The notes below the pieces were generated by a model. It was not told the origin of the DNA. It did no database searches and worked only from the letters and a program-made list of their open reading frames with translations. A stretch of DNA of 64,000 nt, taken from sequence record NC_061440.1; one strand, given 5' to 3'. Position numbers and translations under genes: made by a program. This document shows, piece by piece, positions 6,540-16,483 of the stretch. Position 1 is the stretch's first letter. Each line of letters opens with the position of its first letter.

Positions 6540-9416
6540 TTACTCGATCTCACTCGGTTCCCAGCACAGAATTGGGCGGCGCCATACTTGGAACACACCG
6601 ATAGGCGAAGCACGGCCAGAATCAATGAAGCAGTCCATAGTTGTACCACCAGAGTTACCGCTCTGCATAAGAGTTTGCAGGTTAGCAATCCAAGAAGCAC
6701 GTCCACCAGAGTCTGCCTCAAACAGTCCTTCCCACACCATATCAAAAGCACCGTTCCATGCGTTGAAGTGGTGAGAAGAATACGCACCATCACCGACTGA
6801 ACAAAGAACCATGTACTGGTAATCTTTGACGCAAGGAATAGCGTAGTTATTGCCGCGCGGAACTGCTGTACCGTTGTTATTAAAGATACACTCCCAGCCA
6901 GTACGATCAGCAGCACCAGTAGTTAAGAACAGAGGACGACGAATGATCATCATAATCCCGTTCTCACCGCCATTGTTGCTGGACTTCTCGCAGTACGCAT
7001 TACAACGTAAGGAACGGTCCACAGTGAATGTGGTTGAGTTTGAGAAGTCACGGCAGTAGTAGTTCGATCCCCACTTAGGCAGATATTCTGCTGGTGGTAC
7101 AAAGAAGTGACGCTCCGCAAGTTCGATCTCACCGTAACGGTCGTAAGCAAATACAATGTACTCGTAGCCCGCCTCAATCTGAATGTTGTGGCCTTGACTG
7201 CCGATACCATTCCACTTCCATACAACCTGCCAATCGTTCGTATCACGTTCAGGCATTTCGGTAATCAACTGATAAGGACGCTCATATACGTGCCACACCT
7301 TCCCTTCTTCTGTCGTGTTGATATACAACGAAGAAGGGTCATTGATGTTGCCGTTAGACGTACCACAATAAACTTTATGCGATGCACCAGCAGAGTTGTA
7401 GATAGTGCCTGAGCTTACAGACTGGAACATGTCCCAGTTCATCATCAGGTGCGAGGTACACATTTCATTCTGGCCACTACCATCAGAGGTTGTGAGCAGG
7501 TACTCGTTGAGGTCTTTGAACGCATAGCGCACATAGTTAGAGCCAGCACGGTTAACGCGGTGTACCCAGTCATGCGATTGAACTTTCGGCACAGGGAAGC
7601 AAGGGTTAGTGACAGACACGACGAAGTTTTTAGTTTCGTACATCGGCAGTTTCTTGAAGCGGTTATCACGAATCGTTACCGTGTGCTTCATGCCATATGT
7701 CTGCGCACCATCCATACCGCCCAGCACTTTGTAGTACGACTCATGCGCACTCTTGGTGTTTTCGTACAGACTAGTGATGCCAAGCCCAACGTTGCCGTCA
7801 CGGTCAGTGCCGCAGCAGAAGGGCACGTTACCTGAATCAAAGTCAAAGCCAACAGAGTAATAGCTGTCAGGTGAACTTGATTTAGGGCCCCAGTAGAGTT
7901 CGGTGTAAGCAGAACCTTCACCGATACCCGGCTCACCGAACACGCAGTATGCAGCACGATACACGTACTGACTGCCCTGGAACACACGGCGCGATGCACC
8001 AATGCGATACATAGCAGCAGGAAGGCCACCCTGAACACGGTTAACGTCAGCCGTATCATACGACACAACGAAGACATAACAGTCGGTGCCGATTGAGTTG
8101 AGGAACGCAGCACAGGCAGCAGCGTTAGTTGTACCTGGAGCTGTACCTTCGGCCGATGCGTGAATGTCAAACGAGCGGCGCTCAAGCAACGCAAGGTCAG
8201 ACTTACGAATCTTATAGACGTTCAGGCCACGCGTATCTCGGTACGTCACACCATTATAGACAGTGTAGCCATAGTCACCAGTGTCTAGGTAACGCTGATA
8301 ACCAACTACGTGCGAGAACAGTTTACTACGTGCTTGCAGCGACTGACCATTCTGATTCGACCAACTGACCGACACATCACCAGCAGCCATACGTGCTGCC
8401 CAGTCATCAGGCTTGTATGGGTATGTGGTAACATCGAAGTTCACACCGTACGCGGAGCCTGGCTCTACGCAGCATGGATTGCGATAGATGATTGGTGGAT
8501 CAATCACTATGTCATCAGGAATATCGACTTGACCGCAGTACAGTTGCTTCCACGTACCAGGCTGACCTCCGAGCGAACTAGGTCCCGCAGCAGGTGTTGT
8601 GTTGAACTGATAGATAGCAGACGTGCGATAGTTAATCTGATTGTGAAGCTGAGGAACGTTCGTCCACGCAATGTGATTACCGAACGAGTTAATGCTTTTG
8701 TCGTGTGCTGCAGGAGTCGAGACAACATAAGCCTGACCGTTACTGCGAATGCCGAGTGGGTTGAAGATAGCGTTGAAGTTAACGTTACCCTCGTAGGCAT
8801 TCTTCTGCAATACAATCAGGTGGACTCCGTTGCGGTGAGCTTCACGTAAAGCAGTGAGCATCGCTGTAGGCATACTCTGGTTAGTCGCAGACAACAGCAG
8901 CATGACACAACTGAACTGTTTGAAGTAACGGTAGTCGCCGTTGTACCCGTAAGCGCCTGCGTTAATCTCCTGCCAGCTATGCGCTAACATATCGAGAGGC
9001 ATACGCTGCATGTAACCAACGAGCTGGCCCCATGATTCCATTGCTGTGTCGTCGTTGACAGGAGCAAGGTCGGAGATGACCAACATCGTACTGCCGTTTG
9101 TAATGTTTGCGTTGAAGCCACGCTGGGTCAGCAAATGGCGGAACACACCCATGTTGTTGATAGACTTGTTACGGTAGTTGCCCATCCAGCCGTAGTTTGA
9201 ATCCACAAGAGGGCTACCGTCTCGAACAAATCGACCATTCATATAAACAGAGGCAAAGCCGCAGACGTATGCTTGCGCGTGTCCGTCCACTACGAACGAA
9301 GTAAAGCGGGAAGCATCTACCGCCATCGCATTAACAGCAGCCTCAGAGCCATTGCCGGGACTACCACTAAACACAGGAGTGATGCCTCGTGCGTACAGGC
9401 AACTTTGTTGCAGCAT
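6540..9416 (-). CDS. Fibre / receptor-binding protein with ILEI (PANDER-like) domain (958 aa)
   Basis: AAGGA SD. RGLNVYKIRK...RSFDIH...AAFLNSIG...VFVVSYD...YRAAYCVFG matches the ILEI carbohydrate-binding-like domain. Three aromatic-rich repeats near the C-terminus. Confidence 0.7.
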   Translation of the reverse strand: MLQQSCLYARGITPVFSGSPGNGSEAAVNAMAVDASRFTSFVVDGHAQAYVCGFASVYMNGRFVRDGSPLVDSNYGWMGNYRNKSINNMGVFRHLLTQRGFNANITNGSTMLVISDLAPVNDDTAMESWGQLVGYMQRMPLDMLAHSWQEINAGAYGYNGDYRYFKQFSCVMLLLSATNQSMPTAMLTALREAHRNGVHLIVLQKNAYEGNVNFNAIFNPLGIRSNGQAYVVSTPAAHDKSINSFGNHIAWTNVPQLHNQINYRTSAIYQFNTTPAAGPSSLGGQPGTWKQLYCGQVDIPDDIVIDPPIIYRNPCCVEPGSAYGVNFDVTTYPYKPDDWAARMAAGDVSVSWSNQNGQSLQARSKLFSHVVGYQRYLDTGDYGYTVYNGVTYRDTRGLNVYKIRKSDLALLERRSFDIHASAEGTAPGTTNAAACAAFLNSIGTDCYVFVVSYDTADVNRVQGGLPAAMYRIGASRRVFQGSQYVYRAAYCVFGEPGIGEGSAYTELYWGPKSSSPDSYYSVGFDFDSGNVPFCCGTDRDGNVGLGITSLYENTKSAHESYYKVLGGMDGAQTYGMKHTVTIRDNRFKKLPMYETKNFVVSVTNPCFPVPKVQSHDWVHRVNRAGSNYVRYAFKDLNEYLLTTSDGSGQNEMCTSHLMMNWDMFQSVSSGTIYNSAGASHKVYCGTSNGNINDPSSLYINTTEEGKVWHVYERPYQLITEMPERDTNDWQVVWKWNGIGSQGHNIQIEAGYEYIVFAYDRYGEIELAERHFFVPPAEYLPKWGSNYYCRDFSNSTTFTVDRSLRCNAYCEKSSNNGGENGIMMIIRRPLFLTTGAADRTGWECIFNNNGTAVPRGNNYAIPCVKDYQYMVLCSVGDGAYSSHHFNAWNGAFDMVWEGLFEADSGGRASWIANLQTLMQSGNSGGTTMDCFIDSGRASPIGVFQVWRRPILCWEPSEIE

Positions 9417-9436
9417 GTTATGTCCTTAAGATCGGC

Positions 9437-9459
9437 AAGAGGGGCCGAAGCCCCTTCTT
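9437..9459 (-). terminator. UUCG-capped hairpin, weak terminator or processing/stability element
   Basis: GAAGGGGC-TTCG-GCCCCTC with only a short U-tract on the minus strand. Confidence 0.55.
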
Positions 9460-11478
9460 TTAGTCGAATACTACGTTTGTGATTGCGATGTAGTCCATGT
9501 TGATACCATCACCCCTATCCCAACCAGACGACACGTACAGCCAAATCTCTTGACCGACAGGTACGTCTACGTTTATCGTGTAGGTCTGGATCGCGGTGTT
9601 GTTCAGTGGATGGAAGACATTGTTCGGCGCACTGCGCTCGTACCAATCAAGGCCGCTATGCCATGAACCCTGTCTACCTGAGTAGCGAATATCAACAGTG
9701 ATTTGAGTAATGCGGCGCGTGAAGAAGTTGTTCCATTTGAACCAACCTTTCGAGCCACCCCAAAGAACACCGTAGTCACCGTCAGGCGAACGTACCTGCG
9801 ACCAGAAGTCACCAAAGCCACGACCACCAGTATGTTCAATCTGATAGCAGTACCAAGGGAAACTATCTGCAACAGGAGGCTGTGCGTTGTCACCTTCAAT
9901 CGTCACACAACGATAAGGAACCGTGAAGTCACTAACGTTGATATGCGGCGGCTGAATAGGACAGTACACATAGTACGACCAATCACATCCGATAGGTGCT
10001 GTCACGCGTACAGTGATGTTAGCGCGAAGCACATGCTCAGGGTATTTCCAAAATTCGAGTGTACCAGTTTTCCCAGCTACAACGATTGACGTATCAAGCA
10101 GGTTCATGTTCTGGTCAAACACTTCAAACTTCGTATCAAACGAATTGGCCACACAAACAATAAGCTGTGCGCGAATGTCCGTTTGAGTTCCTAATGCAAA
10201 ATTATCTTCTGTAGTTGGATGCCCGGCAGAGTACACGCTGTAACTCTGACATGGGTGCATAAACTCACGCGCACCACGTTCACCAGGACAGTACAGGCTG
10301 TAGAAGCAACTGGCAAGCGATGCAGCGTTACCGAAGTCCTTGCTAACCACACGCACCATGATATCACACGCAACACCTTTCGGGTCGAAGTAGAAGTACA
10401 GGTAACCTTCTCCCGTCTGTGCGTCAAGTGTTGTTGCGATACGTCTGCCTGATTGATAGACCTCGATGAAGTCGAAGGTTTCCCATGACGTGTAATCGAG
10501 ATACATCCAGCCAGCTACCCAACCTATGAAGTGATAATACTCAAACGCGTTCGAGTTCTGAATGCGTTCTGTAATCGGCCAGACAGTTGCATGACAAGGT
10601 GCCGGGAAGATAGGGCTACCGATATAATCTGGATGAATGACGTCAGGGAAGTTGATAACGTCATACGCTGCCTGACTATCGAGAGCTAATCCACCACGAT
10701 CCGAAGGTGCTGCAAGACGAGGCGGATAGACTTCTAAGCTCCAGCTATAGCCCTGCGTAGTACGCACACGCACCATGATACGCATATCAGCAGCGTCAGG
10801 GTCAAACTGGAACTTGATACGCGAACGACCAACAACCTTACCGCATGTCGAAGCAACACGCACACCCATGTGGTACACGTCAACGCTTGCACCCGCAGGA
10901 GCATACGATGCAATCATCAGCTCCACGTAGCCTTCAACAGCAGGCATTGCGTAGATTGTTTCAGTGATTGTTGCACCACGACCATGAGTGGACGCATACG
11001 GAACGTTAGGGTTAGCATATGTGCCAAGCCCTGAACGCGAGGCCACGCCGACAGGGTCGTAGGTCTCAATAGTCTTAATACCAGGGCGATTGATAGATCG
11101 TCCAGTAGGTGGAGCAAATGAGTTAACAAGGCCGAAGCCAGTACGCCCAGCATCAGGCAAATCAAAGCCAGCAGGATAGCCTTTAAGAATATCATACTTC
11201 TCACGACCACCTGAGCCGATGCCATTACCAGAGCCTTTAGTTGTCGATGTAGGACCGCCGCCACACGCACCAGTTTCGAGATTCGAACAAGGGTCATCGT
11301 AAGTGGGATCGAACGAGTCATCAATTAGATGCCAGCGTTGACCCCACTGATTTCTGACGCTGAACTTCTCAGGAGTAAGAGGAGTCCAGTCACCTTCTTG
11401 TGTGCGTATGAACATAGGCGTGTCAACACAATCGTGCCAACCGTTATTCGCAGCATTACGAACGCGAAAACGTGCCAC
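9460..11478 (-). CDS. Virion structural protein with three repeated beta-sandwich modules (672 aa)
   Basis: GTG start after AGGAG. Repeated pattern (G..EL.IASY...S.DVY..G.RVAST / GWMYLDYTSW...D.IEVYQSG.RIATT / AQLIVC.A...T.FEVFDQ) with RVRT/RVVS/RVTA closing strands. Confidence 0.75.
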   Translation of the reverse strand: MARFRVRNAANNGWHDCVDTPMFIRTQEGDWTPLTPEKFSVRNQWGQRWHLIDDSFDPTYDDPCSNLETGACGGGPTSTTKGSGNGIGSGGREKYDILKGYPAGFDLPDAGRTGFGLVNSFAPPTGRSINRPGIKTIETYDPVGVASRSGLGTYANPNVPYASTHGRGATITETIYAMPAVEGYVELMIASYAPAGASVDVYHMGVRVASTCGKVVGRSRIKFQFDPDAADMRIMVRVRTTQGYSWSLEVYPPRLAAPSDRGGLALDSQAAYDVINFPDVIHPDYIGSPIFPAPCHATVWPITERIQNSNAFEYYHFIGWVAGWMYLDYTSWETFDFIEVYQSGRRIATTLDAQTGEGYLYFYFDPKGVACDIMVRVVSKDFGNAASLASCFYSLYCPGERGAREFMHPCQSYSVYSAGHPTTEDNFALGTQTDIRAQLIVCVANSFDTKFEVFDQNMNLLDTSIVVAGKTGTLEFWKYPEHVLRANITVRVTAPIGCDWSYYVYCPIQPPHINVSDFTVPYRCVTIEGDNAQPPVADSFPWYCYQIEHTGGRGFGDFWSQVRSPDGDYGVLWGGSKGWFKWNNFFTRRITQITVDIRYSGRQGSWHSGLDWYERSAPNNVFHPLNNTAIQTYTINVDVPVGQEIWLYVSSGWDRGDGINMDYIAITNVVFD

Positions 11479-11487
11479 ATGTTCTCC

Positions 11488-11979
11488 TTATGGGCGAACC
11501 CAGATTGCGCCAGGTGCGATCTCATTATCAATGGCAGGGTCAGTGTCTTGAACAAACACCTGTACTGCACCAGGATTACCGGGAGCACCTGTTGCGCCAG
11601 TAGGACCAGTTGGACCGGCAGGACCACGATTACCCACATAGCCCTGTTTACCCATCTGACCATCAGAGCCACGAGGGCCTGGGCAGCCGTCAGTACCGCG
11701 ACGACCATCGTTACCCATGAGACCGTCGATACCGTCACGACCAGAAGGACCAACACCACCAGCAGGGCCATAGCCTATGCTGTGAATGGTAGGCAGTCCA
11801 GCAATCTGCAACTTACCAATCGACGGGATATTCAGAGCAAGCACACCCGTAAGAGCATCAAACGAACCGTTGAGTGTGCTGTCATCTTCGGCAGTGTCTA
11901 CTGTCAGACCGCCTTGAGTCGCTACGACAGGACCAGATGCGTTGGTCTTGACTAGCGCTATATCAACTTTTTCTACCAT
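11488..11979 (-). CDS. Collagen-like fibre protein (163 aa)
   Basis: FD..TG.L.L...GLPT head, Gly-X-Y triplets with GCPG, C-terminal VFVQDTDP...GAIWVRP. Confidence 0.85.
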   Translation of the reverse strand: MVEKVDIALVKTNASGPVVATQGGLTVDTAEDDSTLNGSFDALTGVLALNIPSIGKLQIAGLPTIHSIGYGPAGGVGPSGRDGIDGLMGNDGRRGTDGCPGPRGSDGQMGKQGYVGNRGPAGPTGPTGATGAPGNPGAVQVFVQDTDPAIDNEIAPGAIWVRP

Positions 11980-11988
11980 GATTACTCC

Positions 11989-12621
11989 TTACGGCCAGGT
12001 AGTGCCTTGATCTTTTGTCGGGTCAACCCAGATTGTTCCAGCGGCAACTGCGCCCGGCTGGGTAGCACTCACGATGATAGACAGACGGCCAGCAGGACCC
12101 GCTGCACCAGTAGGACCAGTAGGACCTGTAGCGCCAGTCTTACCAGTAGGGCCTGTGCCACCACGAGGACCAGTAGGCCCTGTAGGCCCCATAGGACCTG
12201 TGCGACCGTCTGGGCCAGTAGGACCAACAGGTCCAGGCAGACCATCACGGCCATCAGGACCGGGAATACCCTGCTCACCGTCAGGGCCTATCTCACCGTC
12301 ACAGCCCTGTTCACCAGGATTACCGTCACGCCCATCACGACCGTCTTTGCCGTCTGCACCAGTTTCACCACGACCACCCTGACGACCTTCTGGTATGTCA
12401 GCAGCAGTAGGGAAACCATTGACCTTAACAGTCTGTCCGTTAGCAAACTTGAGCGTCAGAATACCGCTGGTGGCATCGAACGACGAGTCGGCAGTAAGCT
12501 CGGACGGCACGTCTGCATCAGAAGGATTGATAGTCAGCGTACCGCGCGAAGCTCTGATTGGAGTGGGCGTAGAAGACGAACCCGCTTGAATGAGGCCCGT
12601 GTTTACTTTAATCAGACCCAT
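11989..12621 (-). CDS. Collagen-like fibre protein (210 aa)
   Basis: Same head motif, long GPT-rich triplet run, C-terminal VSATQP...GTIWVDP. Confidence 0.85.
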   Translation of the reverse strand: MGLIKVNTGLIQAGSSSTPTPIRASRGTLTINPSDADVPSELTADSSFDATSGILTLKFANGQTVKVNGFPTAADIPEGRQGGRGETGADGKDGRDGRDGNPGEQGCDGEIGPDGEQGIPGPDGRDGLPGPVGPTGPDGRTGPMGPTGPTGPRGGTGPTGKTGATGPTGPTGAAGPAGRLSIIVSATQPGAVAAGTIWVDPTKDQGTTWP

Positions 12622-14063
12622 TACGTTTTCTCCGCTTTAGCAACGATATCCGTATTGTGCACCAGCACATCTCCTACGAAGTAACAGTCAAACGGGTCAA
12701 CATCTATATCAACCGTCTGCACTTGCTCATCAACGCGAACAAATTCAGATACAGCGATAGGTCCTTTACGACCTAAGACAGTTTGACCAATACGAACGTC
12801 ACGCGCAGGAACATAGCGCCATACGGACTCATCATAAATCAATACTGGGTGTTCGTGAGTGAACTTTTGACCGTTGATCACATAGTAATGATCTTCTTGG
12901 CCGAGCTTCAACGCTTTCACCGCAGCGTACACGGTGTTGCCTTTGAGACTAGGCGAAGACCAATTACGAAACTCCTTAGGCTGGTTCGAGTAGCCAAGCA
13001 GCGCATCGCCGACACGCAAGTTCTCTACAGCTTTAGGACCAACGATAGTGTTCACGGTACTGCCAAACACGATACAGCCAGATGTTGCAGTGTTGATAGG
13101 GTTACGCGCCACGACAGTCAGAGCAGAACGCACCGTAACAGTCGGACGTGATGGTTGACCCATATCAGTTACGAGACAGCTAATGGTGCCTTTGATCGAA
13201 CGATCAGCACCTAAGCCTAAACGCAGATAGAAGTTGACAATGCAGGTATTTGTCTCGACAGCATCAAGAGTCACACCCTCTGTGGTCGTGATAGTCCATT
13301 TGTACTTATACGGACCAACGCCACCACGCGCATTGACAGGCAGATACGCCAACGAAGTAAACACATCAGAGCCTTGCACTGTACGTTGACCTACCATGTA
13401 CAGATTAGACACTGACGCAGCAAGAGGTGTGATTGTAGGCAGAGGCGGCGCAGGAGTAACGTTGGCTGTAGGGTACAACCAGACGAACACTTTACCGTCT
13501 GTAGGCTGTGTGCTCGATAGCACTGCTGTAGTGATAGGCGCTGGCCCAGTAGCACCCGTAGCACCAGCAATACAGCTAGGACCATCGTTACCACGAGGAC
13601 CGATAGGCCCTGTAGGACCCGTTGCGCCGTCAGGACCAGTAGGACCGTCAGGACCTTGACGCCCAGTGTCTCCTGGAGGACCGTCTTCACCGTCACGTCC
13701 AGGGTCACCTACAGGACCAGTCTTACCTCTATTGCCTACACCGCCCGGACAACCTTGTTTGCCGGTCTCACCATCACGCCCGTCACGTCCATCTCGACCA
13801 GGAGAACCTGGAGCGCCTCGACGCCCAGGTTTACCTTCGCCAAACATCGCAACAGTGGGCAATCCAGGGATGTTCACCACATCCCCGTTCTGCTTGATGA
13901 ATACCAACACACCTGTCTTGCTGTTAAATCTTACGCTGGCGAGCTGTGTTAATGTTGCCACATCGGAGTTTTCAAACTTAGCCACTCCGTCAACACCGAT
14001 CAATGATTTACCTTCATCGTTCGGTGTTGTTTCGACTTGCGAAAGTTTTAACTGTGTTGTCAT
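12621..14063 (-). CDS. Collagen-like fibre protein with C-terminal Hint (intein-like) domain (480 aa)
   Basis: Gly-X-Y region followed by a beta-rich domain. Then G|CIVFGSTV...[10 protein letters not shown] (Hint block A), FTHEHPVL (block B, T..H), [31 protein letters not shown]|T (blocks F/G). Confidence 0.85.
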   Translation of the reverse strand: MTTQLKLSQVETTPNDEGKSLIGVDGVAKFENSDVATLTQLASVRFNSKTGVLVFIKQNGDVVNIPGLPTVAMFGEGKPGRRGAPGSPGRDGRDGRDGETGKQGCPGGVGNRGKTGPVGDPGRDGEDGPPGDTGRQGPDGPTGPDGATGPTGPIGPRGNDGPSCIAGATGATGPAPITTAVLSSTQPTDGKVFVWLYPTANVTPAPPLPTITPLAASVSNLYMVGQRTVQGSDVFTSLAYLPVNARGGVGPYKYKWTITTTEGVTLDAVETNTCIVNFYLRLGLGADRSIKGTISCLVTDMGQPSRPTVTVRSALTVVARNPINTATSGCIVFGSTVNTIVGPKAVENLRVGDALLGYSNQPKEFRNWSSPSLKGNTVYAAVKALKLGQEDHYYVINGQKFTHEHPVLIYDESVWRYVPARDVRIGQTVLGRKGPIAVSEFVRVDEQVQTVDIDVDPFDCYFVGDVLVHNTDIVAKAEKT

Positions 14064-16402
14064 TTCGGTTCAACCTTAATGCACAAGTTACCAGTCAGCT
14101 TCGAACCATAGCTAGTGATCTGCGAATCAACGATACGCACCTTAGCGACGATATCAATGAAGCCTTGTGGTTGGTTCTCTTTCAGCACCGTGAACATCTG
14201 CGTCAGGCTCACGTTCGAATACGCAATCACTTCTGTCAGACTCGTATCAGAGGTAACTACGTTGAAGCCTGCGCTACCAGTACCTTTGAGGCCACGGCCA
14301 TATTCAGCTTCGGACACGCCAGGCATCTTAAACGACAGGACGTATTCGATATGCTCTTTGCCACTTGTAGCAGCAAAGCCTGGACCAAGTTGACACTGGA
14401 AGTCAGCGATGCACGTCAGGAACACACCCTTAGAGAAGTCGATACGTTGAACGATGGTCAGTTCTTCGGAGTCTTCGACGTTCTGTTGGATGTTGTACAT
14501 GTTCTTCGGGTCGGCTTCTTCGGCGAGCGCCTGTGTATTGCTGATCGTAATCTCTGGCCATGTGCCTTTGATAACGATACCTTCACCCTGAATGATTGAA
14601 GGAGCAGCGATTGGCACGTCGATTGGAGGCAGACCTTGACGCTTGAACATGTAACCTGTTGGCGTAGGAATAGCGTCGATGATAACACCATCAACTGAGC
14701 TATCTTTTGAACCTACAGCCATGACGTTCTCGAAGATTGTTATCTCAACGAGTGTATCGGCAGGTACCTGCGAAGTTGTTTTCAGTACGTTGCCAGCTAC
14801 CGTGAAGTCAAGCGGATGAACGGTCAGACCGCCCATTGCCATTACGCAGTGCGCTTTATTCAGTGGTGTAGTTGGCAGAACAAATGTATCAGCATCATAA
14901 GGCAGGCGATACTGAGCAACACGAATACGAGTAGACCAGTTGGCGCGTTCTTCATAGCGAGCCACGTAGAATGAATACTTCTGACCAGATGGAATTGCTT
15001 CGGTCAGCGTTACCTTGTTACCAGCATTGAGCTTGTAGACCGTCGTTGGCTGCCAAGTAGAACCGACAACGCAGAAGATCATGTCAACGCTATCAATCGG
15101 CTTGTTGCCGAGAGTGAACGTAGTAGTCTGGCCGTCACCTGTGCCTTCGTATGTATCGAACAACACCACATGGCCCTGCGACGGTTCAATACGGAACTGT
15201 CTTAGGTCAAGCGTCATACGCTGTTCAGGATAGGACGAAAGCAGAAGCTGGTCATCAACAACGCTGTACGCAACACGAGGCTGCAAGACACCTGATGTAC
15301 CTACAAGAAGGTCAGTAGAGCTATCAAGGATCTCGGACAGCGTGTAGCGCATCTTATCAGGAGTTGCTGTAGTCACGACGGAGCTAAACAGCATCTTGCC
15401 TGGAGGTACGAACAACGTCGCCATTGTCTGACGAGAGCTACCACCAACAGGCGCCCAATAAGGCTTCGCGTCTTTACCGCGCATCAATGCCCAGGATTCA
15501 GGCACTTCATTGTTATCAGGCCAAGGTAGACCAGCAGTAGGCGTAGTCGGGTTAGTGATTCGACGCCATACAGCAATCGTCGTCTGGGCAGATACGAATG
15601 GAATCGCACCGTCTTGGTTAACAAGCTGTCCGCCTGTGAACTTGAAGTGACGACACGCACCAGCACCTGTACCTGAGATTGTTTGAATAAGCACAATCTC
15701 ATTCGCTTTCAACACGGTAGACAGCGAAGCAATCTTGAACGTGTTAGCGTTAATGAATCCAGACGAGGTAATCTGACCACTGAACACACGGTCATGCTCG
15801 CTGAATGCCCAGTAGTAGGAGCCTGCTCCATAACGATACGCAGTGCCTGGAGAGCGCGAGCCATCAGAGTTAACGTGCATGTCGAGTACAGACACGGCAT
15901 TGAACACGTTGTCGCTCAAGCTCGGCAGATTTTCAAGCGTGGCCACACTCGGAATAGAAGTGTAGTCGGCCATCTTAACAGCAAGAATCTTTTGAATGTC
16001 CTGCTGAATATGAACGAGTAAGCTCACACGACTGATACTGTTAGGTACAGCGATGATAGGCTCTTGCAGGACAATGTGACCAAACGGTCTATTGTCAGAA
16101 AGCATAATCAGTATTTCACCGACACGCTTCAACTGCTCCCCAGCGGTGTAGCTGAGTTTTATGTCAAAGATAAAGCGAGCGCTGTTCTCGGTAAGAACCT
16201 GAACATATGACAATGCGCCCGACGCAAGCTCGTTGCCAAGTAACTGCTCTGGAACCACTGCTGGGTTAGAGCCTACAAAGTCACCTGCTTTAAACGACAC
16301 TGGCTGGACAGCGAGTCCGCCAGAATTAGCGTTCGCAACGGCCTGTTCTCCCTGAGGCGTTAGACGCAGAACGTCAACGTAGATAGATTCAGTGGCCATC
16401 AA
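14060..16402 (-). CDS. Baseplate / tail-fibre attachment protein (780 aa)
   Basis: N-terminal LTPQGEQAVANA...FKAGD resembles tail-collar fibre starts. Repeated GDGQTTTFTL...V.G..Q...Y modules. Follows the wedge genes. Confidence 0.6.
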   Translation of the reverse strand: MMATESIYVDVLRLTPQGEQAVANANSGGLAVQPVSFKAGDFVGSNPAVVPEQLLGNELASGALSYVQVLTENSARFIFDIKLSYTAGEQLKRVGEILIMLSDNRPFGHIVLQEPIIAVPNSISRVSLLVHIQQDIQKILAVKMADYTSIPSVATLENLPSLSDNVFNAVSVLDMHVNSDGSRSPGTAYRYGAGSYYWAFSEHDRVFSGQITSSGFINANTFKIASLSTVLKANEIVLIQTISGTGAGACRHFKFTGGQLVNQDGAIPFVSAQTTIAVWRRITNPTTPTAGLPWPDNNEVPESWALMRGKDAKPYWAPVGGSSRQTMATLFVPPGKMLFSSVVTTATPDKMRYTLSEILDSSTDLLVGTSGVLQPRVAYSVVDDQLLLSSYPEQRMTLDLRQFRIEPSQGHVVLFDTYEGTGDGQTTTFTLGNKPIDSVDMIFCVVGSTWQPTTVYKLNAGNKVTLTEAIPSGQKYSFYVARYEERANWSTRIRVAQYRLPYDADTFVLPTTPLNKAHCVMAMGGLTVHPLDFTVAGNVLKTTSQVPADTLVEITIFENVMAVGSKDSSVDGVIIDAIPTPTGYMFKRQGLPPIDVPIAAPSIIQGEGIVIKGTWPEITISNTQALAEEADPKNMYNIQQNVEDSEELTIVQRIDFSKGVFLTCIADFQCQLGPGFAATSGKEHIEYVLSFKMPGVSEAEYGRGLKGTGSAGFNVVTSDTSLTEVIAYSNVSLTQMFTVLKENQPQGFIDIVAKVRIVDSQITSYGSKLTGNLCIKVEPK

Positions 16403-16428
16403 AGAACTCCTTGGGTTTTAACTCATCT

Positions 16429-16436
16429 AAATTAGC
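16429..16436 (-). promoter_or_regulatory. GCTAATTT motif (candidate late promoter)
   Basis: Lies between a terminator and the SD/start of the 780-aa gene. Confidence 0.6.
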
Positions 16437-16443
16437 GTAAATG

Positions 16444-16480
16444 AAAAAGGGAGCCGGAACATGTGCTCCAGACTCCCTTT
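16444..16480 (-). terminator. Rho-independent terminator after the 1511-aa gene
   Basis: GGGAG...TGGAGC-ACAT-GTTCCG.CTCCC followed by TTTTT. Confidence 0.7.
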
Positions 16481-16483
16481 ATT

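Noticed and set aside
12654-13076. Mobile intein with homing endonuclease
   Set aside because: The element is only 141 aa, with no LAGLIDADG or HNH insert, and sits at the extreme C-terminus of a variable fibre. It is better treated as a BIL-type processing domain.
5712-14079. Pro/Gly-rich plus-strand ORFs over the collagen genes (e.g. 5712-6125, 12074-12382, 13666-14079)
   Set aside because: They are antisense reflections of Gly-X-Y codons.
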